A stretch of 64,000 bases of DNA, taken from assembly GCA_964057225.1 (NCBI GenBank), contig OZ059898.1:11904001-11968000 (forward strand), in the 5' to 3' direction. Positions within the stretch are counted from its first letter, which is position 1. Each line of letters begins with the position of its first letter. The DNA is from Auanema rhodensis. Taxonomy: Eukaryota; Animalia; Nematoda. This document shows positions 28,201 through 42,761 of this stretch, in pieces. Both the position numbers and the translations under genes were made by a program. Below the pieces are notes generated by a model. It did not search any database. It saw nothing but the letters and a program-made list of their open reading frames with translations, and was not told where the DNA came from.

Positions 28201-31200
28201 TTTTGAACAAAAAACGAAGATGTGCAAGATGCAGTTAGTTATTTCCTATTTGCCATCTACTCGACATTCATGCTTTGCTTATGATCTTGTATCTTTGCAG
28301 CTATCTGGGTGCTAGAAGATGTAAGAGCTTCTGACTACGGATGTTGCTTGTTGCATGGCTTGACGACTACGTAGTTCAGAGCAAATAGCGAGAGAAATGA
28401 TCTGATAAACATCTTCAAAGGGAAACGACGAATGCATAGACGGCCGGACAGAATCAACGGGAGTGGCTGTTATTATGTTTTTCATTATGAGATCAGTTCC
28501 AAGAACGAATATCGTCCGTCAATCAGGTCGCAGATCAGAAAATGAAGCAGGCTTCTTCGGTTGTGTCAACGTAAAACAAATGAAGCGACAGCTTTGTCGT
28601 CGAGCTTCAACACAACAAGATAGTGACGCCGAGGACCACGACGGCGACGAAGAAGAAAAAGAAGTGCGGACGGATGACAACGAAGAAGATCAGATTTCTG
28701 TGTGTATGAGCGAGTCAAGACGGGAGCTGCAAGACAGGCAGCAAGAACAGAGAGAAAAGAGAAAGAGAAGAAGGAGAGATGGACAAGTCGACGGAGCTAC
28801 ACAAGAGCGAAAACGTCTTTTATTCCTCTGACCGAAACTTAGATACTCGTTATGCCTTCAGGGCATGAACCAGCAAAATCAAATCATTCATTCAGTACTT
28901 CAAGACGAGAAATGCATAACTATTAATTGCCAAAACAAGGAGACGTGAATCAGAAAACGAGCTTAAAAGCTGTATTTCTCACTAATCAATGAGATGAATC
29001 ACCGGAAACCTGAAGACGCAAGCGATACAGCAGCAGTTGTTCTCGTCCCACACTCTACATGTAGAAAATGTCAGCAGATGAATATTCCGTTAATTTTTTT
29101 TTTTTTGGAAAAAAATGATTGAAAATTCAATGGAAATTCGATTAAGAGCAGAAGTACTGTTGAAAATAAGCTGATCGAATGGAATAGTAAGAGAAAGGTA
29201 GTTCAAATGATATGAACGAGTGAAATGAGATGATATCGAACAAAATTATTAAAAAAAACATGATAAACAAACAAAACAAACAATAGAGTAATAAAAAGAA
29301 AAACAAAGTCCTGTTATATAGTTTAGGAATATAGCTAAATTCACCTTTTTCGTCCAGATGAATCGCTTACGGACTAGCTGATTGCGTAGTTGCATTATAG
29401 ACAAGTTATGTTGTCTCACTAGTAGCCAGCTAGACTCTTTCTCTAGGACAGCAGGCAATATAGTATCAGTAGAGCTGCAGCAGTGTTCGAATACAGCAAT
29501 AGAAGATTGATGCAGTCAGGCGGCTTAGAGATCAATCCCGATTTTTTACGTTCTTGATTATTTCGAGCAAAACAATAATGAATATGCTATTGTATTAGCC
29601 GGGCCGCAATTAACTGACAGTCTCAGCGTTTGATGTTAGAAGGCAGCCAAAGTATGTGCTGGTCGGCAGGCTGGGGCGTGGTTAGTAGCTCCTACTGGCC
29701 ACGCCTACGTTGTGTTCTCATTCTCTCTCATTCTCTCTATTTCTCCGTGTTAGTATCGTTGTCGCCCCCATGATGGAAAAGTAAAAAAGGCGAATAGAAT
29801 GAAAGATGGTGAATCTCTTTACAGAGATACTGTTAGAGTGAGAGAGAGAGAGAGAGAGAGAGAAATCAAGAAATAGAGAGAGAGAAGAGTTTATAGAAGA
29901 AAGAAGGGAGAGGAACAGAATTGGAGAGAAATAAGGAGAAAACCATTGGCTTGCCTATTGCTGTCTATTCAGTTTCTCTAGCAATATGAAGAAGCCTAAT
30001 ATGAAATGAAGAAGCCGAACTTTCTGATATGATCAATTAGTCTGTTGATCAGTAAAGTATAGATATATCATCGGCTATTTCCATTCATTCATCCTTCATG
30101 CATGCAAATCAATTTCCCGTTATTTGCTTTTTCTTTTCTTGTAAGTAAACCAATTCATTTCTCATCAATATCTCATTCGTTTCTTTTCTGACACGTTGCT
30201 ACGATCGAGAACCTATTTTGCATATAGATCACCAAAATGCTATTTCAACCTCGTAGGTTTTAAGCAAACGTTTGTTTAGCATGAAGAAATGTTCGATTTT
30301 CAGCTTCATTGATATATTAACCTTTCAAGGCTGTCACTAATCATATACCAGCGAACATCGAACACCATTCTAATCGAATTCCAATTCATTTTCACGTATT
30401 ACGTGAACTTATACATCACGTATCAACTGCTGAGACAGTTCATTTTTCATTTTTGAAGTCTCTTGAACGGTTGTGTGTGTGTTAGTTTACTCTCTCTCTT
30501 TCCTCTATTTTTCTCTTTTTCTCTCTTTCAAACCCATTTATACCGATTCTTTTCTCTTTATTTTCTAAAAGAATATTAGAACATCGAGAAGGGATTAGAC
30601 CTTCGGCAGCTCTAAACCAAAAGCTAAGGCGAGAAGAAAGAATAATAGACAGATCGTAAAGCAATTTCATTCCTTATAACCCCACCATCACACACATCGT
30701 TTCTCTTCATTTTTTTGTTGGAGAGAAGAGACGAAGATCATTCTTCTTCTTAGTTTCAAAAATCAAAAAGTTTTTTAATTTTAAAAGATGAAAAAAAGGA
30801 GTGAAGTATAATATTCAAAAAAAAACAATGCTCAAGCCAATCTTGATGTCAAACTTGAGCATTCCAGTTATCAGAAAACAATTCAAATATTAACCCAAAT
30901 CCTAATGGTTTCTTTGTCTTGTATAATACGACAACTAATACAAGACAACTTCAAATTCGGACAAGATTTACGTATTTGATGAAAAACGAAATAAAGAGAA
31001 AAGAGCCTCTTTATATTGAATAAGAGCTTTCAATAGTTTGTCTTTACTCACTTCACACCACACTTTGTATTTGAAATTTTTGGATAAAAGACTGAGTTTA
31101 GCATTTCCTTTTTCATATTATGAAATAAACTTTTCTCTCTTATAATCAATATATAAATCGTACCCGTAATTCAACAGCTTCCTCTTGTTCTTTAGTTCGC

Positions 31201-33655
31201 TTGGCAAGATAATCCTTTTCTAATCTAAAATTTTAAAAAATAAAATATATACATCATCATAAATTCTGGTTTCGAAGCAAAATTTTAAAAAAATTATGAT
31301 AACTGGCTAACCTTTTCATCTTTTTAGGATTTAATTGAACTTGATGAGCAACTGTAAAGAGTAAATCGGCATCATTTTCGTAGCGTTCGCGAATTTCTCT
31401 TTGGAAATACTGAAATTAAAAATATTTTTTCTTAGAAAAATATAAATAAAACAAAAGTTTTACTTTAAGCATTCCTTCCATATCTAATCGTAGCAAATCA
31501 ATACGAGCTTGCTGTAAAATTGACATTGCAATACAAAATATGAAATCCATTCCCTGAAAAAAAAAGAAGAAATTTGAGTTTTTAGAAAAAAAAAATCCAA
31601 AAATTTACCTCGACAAGGAATGAATCCATGATTCTATTGGCAATTTCTAGAGGCATTGTAGTTGTGAATAGGGTTAAGAACCACGATGAAGCATACATTG
31701 ATGTATCAAAACCCATATTATTGAAGTGAGTATAAAGATCTGGCATCTGAAGACAAACAATTTTCATTTAGAATCTGTAGCAGACGTTTTGATGATAAGC
31801 TTATTCGGATCATCTTACAGAGAATCGAAAATATTAGAAACCGTTTGAGATCGTACCTGTTCTTGAACGAGACATTCCAGTTGGAACATACATAATCCCA
31901 AATCCGTCATCGTTGGCTTATACAACTCACGAAGACGATAATTTTCCATAAGCCGTACCAATACAGCAAAAGCTTCTTCTTCGGGCATCTGCATCAACAG
32001 AAGACCCACAATGAAGGCACTTCCCTGACAGTAACCAACTTCTTTATCATGAAGTGAATATGCCTGCAATGAATTTTATTATTTTACTCAAAAAAAATTT
32101 TTTTTTTTATTAACTAGTGGCCTAGAATTAAAAAAACAGAAGAAGCCAACATGAACTCCAACAACAAACTTGATCGTCGTGGTTGGCATGATACTTCAGA
32201 TGACCATTAATCAACCATGTTCATGATCAAGACATGCTATATCTTTCTCTCCCATTGTATAGTTATAATAATTAATCATTTACCTTTATAACATTGAATA
32301 ATGCTGATTGGCCACGACCTCCATCTTTGAAAAACTCTAATTCTGGATATGTTCTGGGAATATCACGTTGAATGGCTTTCTCGTATACAGATGACTGTCT
32401 CATATAATCAGAATATACTTCATGTATCGTTGATACAGAAGCATTCGATAGAAGTTGCCAGGCAATTGTACGGAAATGCTGTGGTATGCCTCGTTTCACT
32501 AATGACTGCAACTTTCATCATGCTTAACAAGCTTAAACTAAAGCTGTATAACCTTGATATATTGGGGCCGTTTCTTGACTTCATATTCCCAGTTGCGTAT
32601 TAATTCGCCCCATACAGTCCAGAGATCTTCTTCCTCATCTTCAGTTGGGGATGAGTCACGAACTTTGGGAGAACCAGATGAACCGCTTTTCTTGGAAGCC
32701 ACACTACGACTATCCTCTTCATTTGACCTGAATAGAAACAAAATAAATAGACCATAGATACATATATGTCAGTGTATGTGTATGTGTGGGTATGTGTGGG
32801 ATTCAACATTTAATTCATGTGAAGCTTATTGTTCTAATTTTCTCTAATTTTCGAGAAAAAAAAATCTCTTTTTATACCAAAAAAGGCTATGAGATTGAAA
32901 GTCTCTGCTTAGATAGATGAAGTATCTTCTTGCACAAATAGACTTTCTGACCACGTGAACTATCAAACACAGCCAGAGATGATGTTAACCTTTTCGAACA
33001 AAGAAAGAAACAGGATTCAAGAAGAATCAACAAATAAACAAAACTTTTTTGGAGAAGGAATTCACGTGTGAATGATGACGTCAAAACAAAAGTATCGAGA
33101 TAGCAGGAGAGCAACAGATACAAGAGAAGAATGTATGAGAGAGGAAGAGAGGAAGAGATAGAGAGAACGAGGGAAACGGTTGAACAAGTATCGCGTTTGA
33201 AACGATGACGTACGTTCAAACATACAGCGTTTTGTCTTCTCTTCTCCTTTTCCAATATACTTTTATAATCTTTGAGTTTTGCAGCTCATAGAGCCAGAGA
33301 GCTGCACGCTTGAACTGGACAAACAGAAAAGTGTAAAATGAGAAAAACAACGAACACAATATTTCGTTCAACAGTTCAAAAATATATTTTAGACAATCAA
33401 ATTAATAGAATACAAGAAAAAATACAACAAACCTATTAAGTTGCTCCATTTTTTGAAGGATTTCTTCAGCTAAAGCTGCTGGACCACCGCCGCCTTCAGT
33501 ATCTGACGGCGGCAACGTATCACAGTCCGTATCCGCCGATCCTGAAATTAAAAGAATATTATTAAACATTCATGAAAAATAGAGATAATCATGTTGTTAT
33601 TTTTAATTTTTTGAAAGTTTCAAACGTTTGAAAAACACAAATAAGAGCAAGAGAA

Positions 33656-33709
<54 letters not shown>

Positions 33710-34447
33710 CGGTATTCCATAGAAAACATATGTTAAATCGGCAATTAATATCCAGTTCTTTTGGATATAACTATATGATTATCCTTTAATTTATAAGAGT
33801 AAGATGATAAATAAGAGAAAATACAAATGAAAACTATATGAATAGTATTATGAATGGAAAAATCAATATAACTAACAGTAATATTTCATTTAAAATGAAA
33901 CAAAAAAAGAAAATTTTCTCAATAAAAAGTGGTATATTGATTTTTTGCTTCACTACAAACTATTAATAAATATAAAAATTAATAAAATGAAAAGATGCAA
34001 AAAATAAGAAAATGGACAAAATAGTCGATGAGCAGCCATTTTTTGCTGGCAAATAGGTTGGAAACATGACCATTGTTGCATATAAGCTTGTTTAAGTATC
34101 AGATGACAAGTAGCATCCATAAAAAAGAAATATATTACTGAATGAATAATTGAAAAGAATTGACATTGCTTCGTTGGGATTAGCAAGGTTAAGCAAAAAT
34201 AAAACAAAAATCCAAAAAATGTCAAACAGTTCAAGTAAGAAAACACGGAAAAAGAAAACTAGAACTTGACTGAAAAATCTGAAGAGCTTGAACATGACTG
34301 TTCAAGTTGGAAGGAACGGTGTGGAGCAATACGGGAAACAAAAAAATCAAAAATATATCAAAGTTAACCATCCAAAATAACTTTAAAGGATCTAGAATCA
34401 ATTCAGATACAAATTTTGAAAAACAAAAAATGTGATTGTAGAAAGAA

Positions 34448-34525
<78 letters not shown>

Positions 34526-34838
34526 ACTTTTTCAAATATGAAATTATGAGGGAGTAAGACATATAACGGGTGACAAAATCAAAACGAGAGGGTGAAGAAG
34601 AGGGGTAGAAATGTCGGAGAATGTGAAAGAAGCTGAAAACTTGAGAATGTCTCAGCAGACATACATGAAAGATTTTGGTGTGTCCGAGTAGTTGTGGCAG
34701 ATATGATAAATGGCTTTCAAAAGCGATCGTCATATATGGCTTGGCTATAGAGAAAGAAGAATATGATCGGAAAGATTAAGAAAAGAGCCAAACAGAAAGA
34801 TAGACTGAAATAGTTTTGAAACAGAGTGTTATGTATGA

Positions 34839-34890
<52 letters not shown>

Positions 34891-35615
34891 AGCGAAAGGT
34901 GCAAAACCATGAGATTCTTAAAGAGGACGATCAACCTTAGTTGGCTGGAGCACAATCATTTGAATCCGAACATCAACAACTTTTGTTTTAATGTTAGCTA
35001 CAAAACATGAAATACTAGTTAATGATCATAATGATTGGTAAAATACTAAATATAAGAATGATTTGATGATATCATTGTAATGATGAAAGGTGTTTACTAT
35101 GACAAATTCTTCAAAATAACAATGAAATAAGAGAAATAAATATAGAAAACAGTTAAATTAGACAAATTGAAAACAAAGGGCTTCCTATAATACGAATATC
35201 TGTTCATTAAATGTTAAATATAGGATAGAACTAATAGAGAATAATAGAGTGGAAGAAAAATAAACAAAAAAATGAGAAAAATCCGGAAAAAAATGGAGGA
35301 TATCAACCGAAATAACATGAAATATTACTTAAAATCGTTAAAAAATTACTAAAATCGATGAGTAGATAAGATTAGTTGTAATGGAATATGTTCGTAAATT
35401 GGATTGAAAATGGAAAAATGATGAAATGTGTTGAGGAAATTATCAATATTTCATATATATGATGGACAACAAGAACAAGGAAAGACACAAAACCGGCGGT
35501 CTATTGGAATGTAGAACACATGAAAGAGACAGAGAGAAATAGGGGGAGTAAGATCGATAATACAGAAAGCGATACAAACGGTGAAACATAGGCAGTTTAT
35601 GAGAGCGAGAGAGGG

Positions 35616-35647
<32 letters not shown>

Positions 35648-36913
35648 AGAGAGAGAGAGACATACAGCTACATACAGACAAAGTTTAGAAAAGAGACATG
35701 ACAGGAACGAATGATAGTTGGAACAGACGCAGTATAGGAAAGGAGAATCATTGAAGAAGAATAGAAGTACATTCAGGTAGATGAAAAGGATTTTTGATGA
35801 ATAAATTGAATAAATCTATATAATGGAATGATAATGAGAAAGAGAATGATAGATTAGAAGTTATCAATAGCCGTAGCTATAATTGTGAATTCGGTATATT
35901 GGCTGATAATCGAATATAGTTAAAGAAATGGATGAGATGCAAGTAATCATATGAAGAATGAAGAGACTAAGCCAATTGACGAACTGACTGAACGACTGAC
36001 TGACAGACAGACTGACATAGAACACCAGAAGAAGGCAGAAGAAGAAAAGATTCCATAATATGTCAAAACTGGTAAAAGTTGTCCCTCGTTTCCCCCCCCC
36101 CCCCTCTTTCTCTCTTTTTCCAGAAACAAGTAACTTTCGTCGGTATGGTCACACTCAATCTATGAATTTAGATTTTTGTATTGAAGGACCGTTTGAAGCT
36201 GATTCCATGAAAATTATTTCAAAAAGTTCAATCATTGAATGTAAAAAAATATTTTTTTTTCTGAAAGAAAAGAATAGAATAGTAAGTTTATAATAGAAAT
36301 AAATGTCACAAAATGTATTTTCAACGTTAATCTTTGCAAAAATCATGATAAGAACATGTGTTTGATTTTGAATATTATCACTCTTAGGAACACCCTATAT
36401 AGAGTATAATTATTTGAAAATAAAGGTTTTGTTAGTCATAGTTATGTACTCAATCGAAGTTACAATGTGGTGAGTCATGTGTATAATAATTGTCAAAAAT
36501 GAGTTAAAAAAAGAAAAAAAAATGTTGAAAAAAGGCTTCAGAAGAGAGAAAAAAGGTTGGACTGATTGAAACGCGCATTGAATGAGCATCGCTGATCGTA
36601 ATAAAGATTTTTTTTTGGAATAAAAGATCTAAAGAAACAGAAAATAACAGACGAATAGAAGAGAAAGAACAAAATATACAGGGAGAGAGAGAGAGAATGA
36701 CCAGAAAGGGAAAGGGAAAATGAGCAGTATTGGCTAGTGAACGAAGAGGAATGAGGTACGGGAGTCTCACATTTGTGTGCAAACACAGCGATCACTTAGC
36801 TGTTTTGTCATTTACGAAGCTTTGCTTCAATTCTGTCGTCGTCCACATAGGACGACAAGAAAATCGAAGCATTGTATTCGATCAGCTGCTTCCGCGTATC
36901 GTCATTAAAGGTC

Positions 36914-36955
<42 letters not shown>

Positions 36956-38156
36956 CGATGATGGCGATGACGATGACAATATGATGATAACGATGATGAT
37001 TAAGCTTATATTATCTTATGTTTTTACTTTTAAACTTTGATATATTCATCTTTTATGGAAAACAAAAATCAAATTTTTCCAAATGTTGCTGCTAAAAGAT
37101 GAACAGCTATATAGGCATAGTATGTGATCAAAAATCATTTAAACAAATGAAATGTCTAATTACTATTTATCTTTCAAAGATAATACATAACTTATTATTT
37201 GAAAAGATGATTGAAAACAGGTACAAGGTCAGATAAAGATTGGAATTTTTCAAAAAAATATTAATGAAAGACTTGATAGAAAAACTTTAATGAATATGAA
37301 CATCGTGATAAGCCGTTTTTTTATGAAACCATGTTGTACACGATTTTGTGTGTACAATTCAATTCGTTTAATTTGAGCGTTGGGGTCTTATCGAAAACTT
37401 TTTTTTTTCCAACTTTTACAGATTAATTGAATGTTCTTCGAATCAGGAACACGACCAACAAATGGACAATCTGGGAAACGAAGCCGAGAAATCGAACACT
37501 TGGTTAGGACCTTTGGGGCTTGACGAGAACAGAGGCTATATAGCTATGCAGTGAGCTCGAAAAACGAGAACAAGCGATTGACTTAAAGACAGAAGAGACA
37601 ACAAAAGAATGATGAGCAGGAGATGATGGAACGAAATCAGAGCAGAGAAGCAATGAAGAAACAGCGTAGTAAAGGACAAACAACTAACTGTGTACTGAAA
37701 TTAGTCCTTTTCCTATGAAAATTAATAAAAATTGTTGAAGAAAAAAATTCTGGATAGACGGATGAGTGGGGGAGTGAGGGAGGGATGACGTTTGAGAGGC
37801 GAAATGGAGAATGAGAGGGCAGTATGAGAAGGGAGGAAGAGGGCAAAAACGAAAACGAGAAAAGCTTGGACAGAACGTATTGAGATGATTCTCTTCTTCT
37901 TCTTGTTCTGCTTCTACTTCTTCTTGAGTTCTTGTGCAATTCTCTCTTGTCTATGCATTTCATGAGCTATATGTGGACATGACTGGCTGACGGGCTAACT
38001 AATTCAATCAACACACTCACAAAGACAACCAAAAGCAGGCACGAAAGGCTTGTAGAGGGCGCAGAGGGGACTGCCCTCCACCCCTCTCTCCACGATGACT
38101 GCCGTTGGATATAGAGATGGAATGGAGGGACACAGCTAGAGAAGGTAGAAAAATAC

Positions 38157-38222
<66 letters not shown>

Positions 38223-39950
38223 TAAAGAAACGAAAAAGTGAAGAGTTTGTGGGTGTCTGTGCCACATTCTGGTAAGGCAAAGAGGGTGGAAGTTTGAAAC
38301 GGTGAAATGGGTCGGTGTGAAGAAGCATAGGCAAAAGAAATTGTGGCTATTTGTTTGGAGAAGAAGACAAGCCAAATGACGACAAGGCCAAGTCAGAAAG
38401 AAAGAAAACATTCTATTGCTTCTTTTATCTATTGCCATCCATAGACAAGGATGATGACAAAGTAAAAAGAAAAGAAATTCATTATTGTGCTCAAAAAAAA
38501 GGATAAAAAACATTTTTTTTTGAAAAAAAAACTAGTAACTTCCAAGCAATGAGAACTTCAATTTCCGGTTCCATAACAGAAAACTGCAGAAGATTGATCG
38601 TGGATAATGAAAACAGAGAATCGTAATCCAATGAAGATTTACGAAAATTTGCTCATTAGATTTGAAAAAATGAGGTCTTATTCATTGTGACCTCAGACCT
38701 GAACAGGTAAGTCATATGATGTAATTGCAAGAATAGTTCCAAAATACTTCCTCAATACTGTAAATCAATTGACGTAGTTGGAGGTGAGAGTGAGATGTGA
38801 AACCACTTTCAGCTTTCTCTTTCTCTCTTCTATGTATATTTTATTTGAACATTTCATTGATGAAACAGACTTTTTGTCTTCAGAGGAAACAATTTCAAAA
38901 ATTAAAAATTGAGCTTTGCATAGAGAATGGCTATTAAAATCCGATATTAGGGTTATAAAATTGAATGATCAACTTACTATTCTATAACAAATCAATATAT
39001 AAAAGTTTGTATTTGGAAGAAAAGAGAGAAAGAAAGCTATAAAGAGATAATGTCTTGAGGATGGAATCATGAGGAAGTTATGTTCTGAGAAGAAATGAAC
39101 GGACATGAAGTGCAATGACCCATAACATCATCATCATCATCATCATGTAAAATATGATGAAATAAATGTGAAAATAAGAAAATTGCTGATATATCGCTAT
39201 TTCGGATTTAGAAAAATGTCTGAACTATACGATACATAGACTGTACAAGTTTTGAGAGAGAGAGAGAAATTTGATTTCAGAATTATACAGAAGTTGGGCC
39301 AAATTACACTGGAAATGGCTCATATTGGAAATGTTGGGAAGGCGGTTAAGGGATTAGGCTGTTGAATGTCGAACATATTTGATAGTTTGAGAGAGAAAAG
39401 TTATCTAAGTCAACCTAAGCAAGACGTGAAAGAAAAATTAAATGAAGGAAGGTTGAGAATACGATCAAGAAAGAGAGAAAGAGAGGAAAAAGGAATAGAA
39501 GAGAGGGAATCATAAAGATATAGAGAGAGAAGCAAAGAAATGAATAAAGAATAAAACGAAGTAATGAGAACGATATTATATAGATGGAGAAGGTTCACGC
39601 AATCCCCCTTCCCTCTCTCCTATCCTCTATGAGAGACCAGAGTCAGCACATCTGACCGGACGGCAAACGAGCCATTTTCTATGAATAATGAATAATGGAG
39701 AACCGCTCTGGAGACTACCCCTTCGGTTAGTTGGACACGCAGCAGCAGAGAGTCAATACTTTGCAATAACATGCTTTACCAAGTTTTGAAAAATGCATAC
39801 GAATTCTTGTTACTACTAGATTAGCTAAGGGCAGGTGGAAAACATATACAACGACTAGTGTGATCATGAATTACGAATAATCGGCACGACAACATATCAC
39901 AATTTTTGGATTTTTGAAAAAGAGAACGTATAAGAGATGAGGAGAAAAAT

Positions 39951-40006
<56 letters not shown>

Positions 40007-40364
40007 GCAGAAAGAAAAAAACAGAAAGAGAAGAGAGAAATGGTGAAAGAATAACGAAGTTAAGGAATAGAAATCAAAGTTTAAATGAGAAAATAAAAAA
40101 ATTAATGAAACAGAGAACTAATGAAAAGATATATTTCGAATGTAAAGTACAGTAAATAGTTAGAGAAAATAATGAAAAACACTTTTAAATACGGTGAATA
40201 AATAGATAAAATAATAATTTTTAGCATAAAATATAAAATAATTTAGAATATTAGTTAAATTATGAAACGAATTGATGAGTTGCTTTCCCTTCAATCTTTT
40301 TTTTTCTCTTAAAAATCAACGTACCGTAATCGGAGGAGCGCCGGAGAGCAGCCGTTGCGGCCAT
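22239..40364 (-). CDS. EVI5: EVI5-family TBC-domain Rab GTPase-activating protein with C-terminal coiled coil, ~830 aa
   Basis: Phase-consistent exons: 40364-40325, 33541-33433, 32727-32553, 32505-32284, 32063-31857, 31746-31609, 31553-31464, 31409-31312, 31224-31164, 24272-24064, 23936-23771, 23496-23335, 23258-23146, 23094-22947, 22897-22568, 22511-22347, 22298-22239 (2493 nt). TBC motifs: [10 protein letters not shown] (Arg finger) and [15 protein letters not shown] (Gln finger). EVI5-typical segments: [28 protein letters not shown]. The symbol denotes the orthology group, not a species gene name. Confidence 0.95.
26456..26536 (-). CDS. Candidate internal alternative first coding exon of EVI5 ([27 protein letters not shown])
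   Basis: ATG at 26536, 27 open codons, consensus donor ACG|GTAAGT in phase 0, which matches the phase-0 acceptor of exon 24272. Confidence 0.55.
33650..34885. repeat. Three (GA)n tracts in an EVI5 intron (~33650-33705, ~34446-34523, ~34842-34882)
   Basis: Direct reading of the sequence. Confidence 0.9.
36914..37000. repeat. (GAT)n trinucleotide repeat with degenerate tail
   Basis: Direct reading; this produces the poly-Met artefact in ORF 36730..36984. Confidence 0.95.
38168..38217. repeat. (GA)n microsatellite
   Basis: Direct reading of the sequence. Confidence 0.95.
39951..40003. repeat. (TG)n-(GA)n compound microsatellite
   Basis: Direct reading of the sequence. Confidence 0.9.
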
Positions 40365-41580
40365 GTGGTGAGGGCTTGTGGAAGACAAAGACGAACGGGG
40401 AGATGAGCCCGATGAGCGTGATGACCTGCAATGATAAGTATAAATTGAAAAAACATTTATTTAACAGTAAATGAGTTGATAAAATTTTTTTTTTAGAAAA
40501 GCTTGAAAACAGCGTGAACAACCGGACTTTGAAATTTCAAAAAAAAAAAGGATAATTGAGCAAATGCGTATTTTACGTGAATACAGGGTTGCTCAGATTT
40601 CAATTTTTTTCAACAAAAAAAAAGAAAAAAAATAGGAACAGCTGAATTAAAGAAGAAAATTTTGTTTTTGTTTAGAATTGAAGGAGTAAAATGAACATAA
40701 TAAGAATAATCTATTAGATTGAAGCATGTTTCTTATATTGAGCCGAATATTGAGCCAAGTTTAAGGAAAAGTATATTAATTATTCGTTAAGTTTGTTTAA
40801 ATTAGCAAACTGATGTAGTATGACAACATGTTTTGAACAAATACCAAGTTTGAAAAAATAATTTTCAAGAATTTTTCTATGCGGAAATGAGAAAAAGAGC
40901 TGATAAGAGTTAAGAGCAAACGAAGTGTAGCATGGCCAAATCCAGATAGTTAATCGTTGACCTTTCTCTGATTGAACAAACTACAGGCATAAGTGTAAGA
41001 TAAATTTAAAAAAATATATTTTAGAATAAGAAAAAGTGGTTTAATCTATGATGTTTTTAATAAAAATTGTTATTTTGTGAATATGAAATCGATTCAGATG
41101 TATGAGATTTGAGATGAAATTTGAAAAAAATAATGTAAAATACATGAATGTTCAATGGAAAATTGGGAAAAGAAAAAAAAACAATTGATTAAATAGTCAA
41201 TAGATTTCTTGTCACGATGATGGTGTCGATGACGACGACGACGACGATGACAACGACGACGACGACGATAATGACTGCAAATCTTCTGTAGATGTATGGA
41301 CAACTAACACCACGGCAGAGATAGCATCTCGCTTTCACTGGCTTCCAACAAGACACAAAATTCAGAATTGAGGTCATGAAAGGCATGATACAGCATTTTC
41401 CTTGTTCGATAGATATGAGATATTTTCAATTGGAAAAAATATAATTCAAATACTACAGGATTAGATATTGAATATACTGTTTCAGAAGGTTTTTATTATT
41501 AAGAATAATAGAAATATGATAGAAAAATATGATTTAATAGGTTCAAAACACACACAGATACAAAAAAGTTGAGAGGGAAA

Positions 41581-41584
<4 letters not shown>

Positions 41585-41630
<46 letters not shown>
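41585..41630. repeat. (GA)n microsatellite
   Basis: Direct reading of the sequence. Confidence 0.95.
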
Positions 41631-41634
<4 letters not shown>

Positions 41635-42698
41635 TTGAGAATCAAGAAAATACAGATATCTAGAGACTTCGTTTCTGACTGCTTGTATAAATGAATCGAA
41701 TCGAATGAATAATTGAATGGCAGAAGCAATTGACGACATCGGAACACTTGTTAATCATGTATTCTCAGTCTCTGATAATAAGGGTGAAGATGATGAAGAT
41801 GATGATGTGGAGTGTGATGGTCACGAAACAATTGGTTGACGACTGGTCTTATCCATCTATGGATATCATCTGTTGTTCTTATGTGTCTTCTTTTCTCGCT
41901 TCTCTTCTTGATCACTTCCATGTTATGTCTTCTGTTTCTGGTTCTCGATATTCGCTTTCGGATTCAATCATCTTCAATCCTAATGTTATCCTTGTATTCA
42001 AGCTTGTATATAGCTGTTCACGAAATATTGAGAAAACCAGAACCAGAATACCTGGATGGTGACATCGAAGTTGAAAATGATGAAGACGATGAGTATATTG
42101 TGTATGCATGAATCCACTTTTGTGTGATCTTTCAAAACATTTTAGGTTCATTCACACGCACAAACAGACACACGTCTCTGTCTCAGATTTCAGTGATGTA
42201 CCCACCTTCCATCATCTAAGCTGTTCCTTGTTTTAACTATTGTTTTCGAAGTCTGTCAGCCCATGTAGAGCAAAGTTTAAGGCCAAATATATAGAATGTG
42301 TTATTTATTTGTATCTTTTCAAACTATACAGGCTAATGATGCAAGCTTTAATGTTGAAACAGCTGCTCTAATGTACTACTGGTGGACAACGGTTTTGCTG
42401 GTAGGAGGGTAGGAGAAGATTGTGAGGAAGAGGAGGGAGATTTTGCATGATGTTTGATATACGGATCATAGGATGCTGGACAAATTGCAAGACATTCTCT
42501 TATTCCCTCAATATATCGTTCTTTTCTCCAAAAAAAGGCAAACAAACGTATCGAAATGAACAGACGATGAAGGAAGTAAACTTATGGTTTGGTCCGCTTC
42601 TCTCGCAATATCACACGTTCGTCTTGTTTTCTTTGAACTCTCTCGTTTTTCCCTTTTCTCGTTCTGTTTCTTTTCGACTGTATTAACTCTGTGTACAG

Positions 42699-42699
<1 letters not shown>

Positions 42700-42760
<61 letters not shown>
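42700..42760. repeat. (TC)n microsatellite
   Basis: Direct reading of the sequence. Confidence 0.95.

Positions 42761-42761
<1 letters not shown>

Noticed and set aside
28463-28831. 122-aa + strand ORF antisense to the EVI5 intron
   Set aside because: GTG start, composition driven by GA/GAC low complexity, no recognisable domain and no splice support.
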